This document shows positions 44,480 through 44,489 of a stretch of DNA of 44,489 nucleotides, piece by piece. The position numbers and the translations under genes were made by a program. The stretch's first letter is position 1. Every line of letters begins with the position of its first letter. The stretch lies in IMG/VR virus record IMGVR_UViG_3300031992_000041, positions 64,001 through 108,489 of that record; one strand, written 5' to 3'. The notes under the pieces were generated by a model. It worked only from the letters and a program-made list of their open reading frames with translations. It was not told the DNA's origin and did no database searches. This DNA comes from a virus. Lineage: Duplodnaviria > Heunggongvirae > Uroviricota > Caudoviricetes.

Positions 44480-44489
44480 CACGAATTGC
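44473..44489 (-). repeat. Right terminal 17-bp inverted repeat / probable expression-site junction
   Basis: Reverse complement GCAATTCGTGCTGGGCG, identical to 36910-36926; the match is cut off by the window end. Confidence 0.85.

Larger units (their letters stand above)
36910..44489. mobile_element. Multi-cassette shufflon of receptor-binding (pyocin-knob-like) domains
   Basis: 20 exact CTGGGCG plus 3 single-mismatch sites, each opening an ORF in the Leu-Gly frame; cassettes in both orientations; 17-bp terminal inverted repeat; adjacent recombinase. Confidence 0.9.

Noticed and set aside
36910-44489. CRISPR array or integron interpretation of the repeated sites
   Set aside because: The repeats are only 7 bp, occur in both orientations, are separated by 250-330 bp in-frame ORFs without start codons, and there are no cas genes or attC-like hairpins
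1-44489. tRNA, rRNA or IS elements
   Set aside because: No cloverleaf, rRNA-like or transposase signatures recognised by eye

Overview
High-GC Bacteroidales (Prevotella-like; TTTG-N20-TAnnTTTG promoters) temperate tailed phage that also carries a plasmid replicon, i.e. a probable phage-plasmid. Left (1-4.9 kb, minus strand): DnaA-domain-I/ATPase, Rep_3-type initiator with an iteron origin, lipoprotein, ParA plus a small partner with 8-bp-phased centromere-like repeats. Middle (4.9-30.9 kb, plus strand): endolysin, terminase, DNA methyltransferase, portal, 2676-aa tape measure, Stealth/glycosyltransferase fusion, S49 protease/scaffold, capsid, tail tube. 30.9-35.6 kb: minus-strand operon of small, often Cys-rich ORFs. 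Right end (35.7-44.5 kb), the main finding: a tyrosine recombinase followed by a 7.6-kb AT-rich array of about 20 intact and 6 broken or miniature start-less receptor-binding (pyocin-knob-like) domain cassettes in both orientations. Each intact cassette begins exactly at CTGGGCG (Leu-Gly) or a one-base variant, convergent pairs are separated by hairpin terminators, and the array is bounded by a 17-bp inverted repeat. This reads as a very large, two-tier tail-fibre shufflon with scars of off-target recombination; the constant 5' part of the fibre gene is predicted beyond the right edge. Also seen: a 7-copy promoter motif TGCCCTTGAC-N18-TATCTTG and two candidate small RNAs. All family names come from motif recognition by eye; no searches were run.
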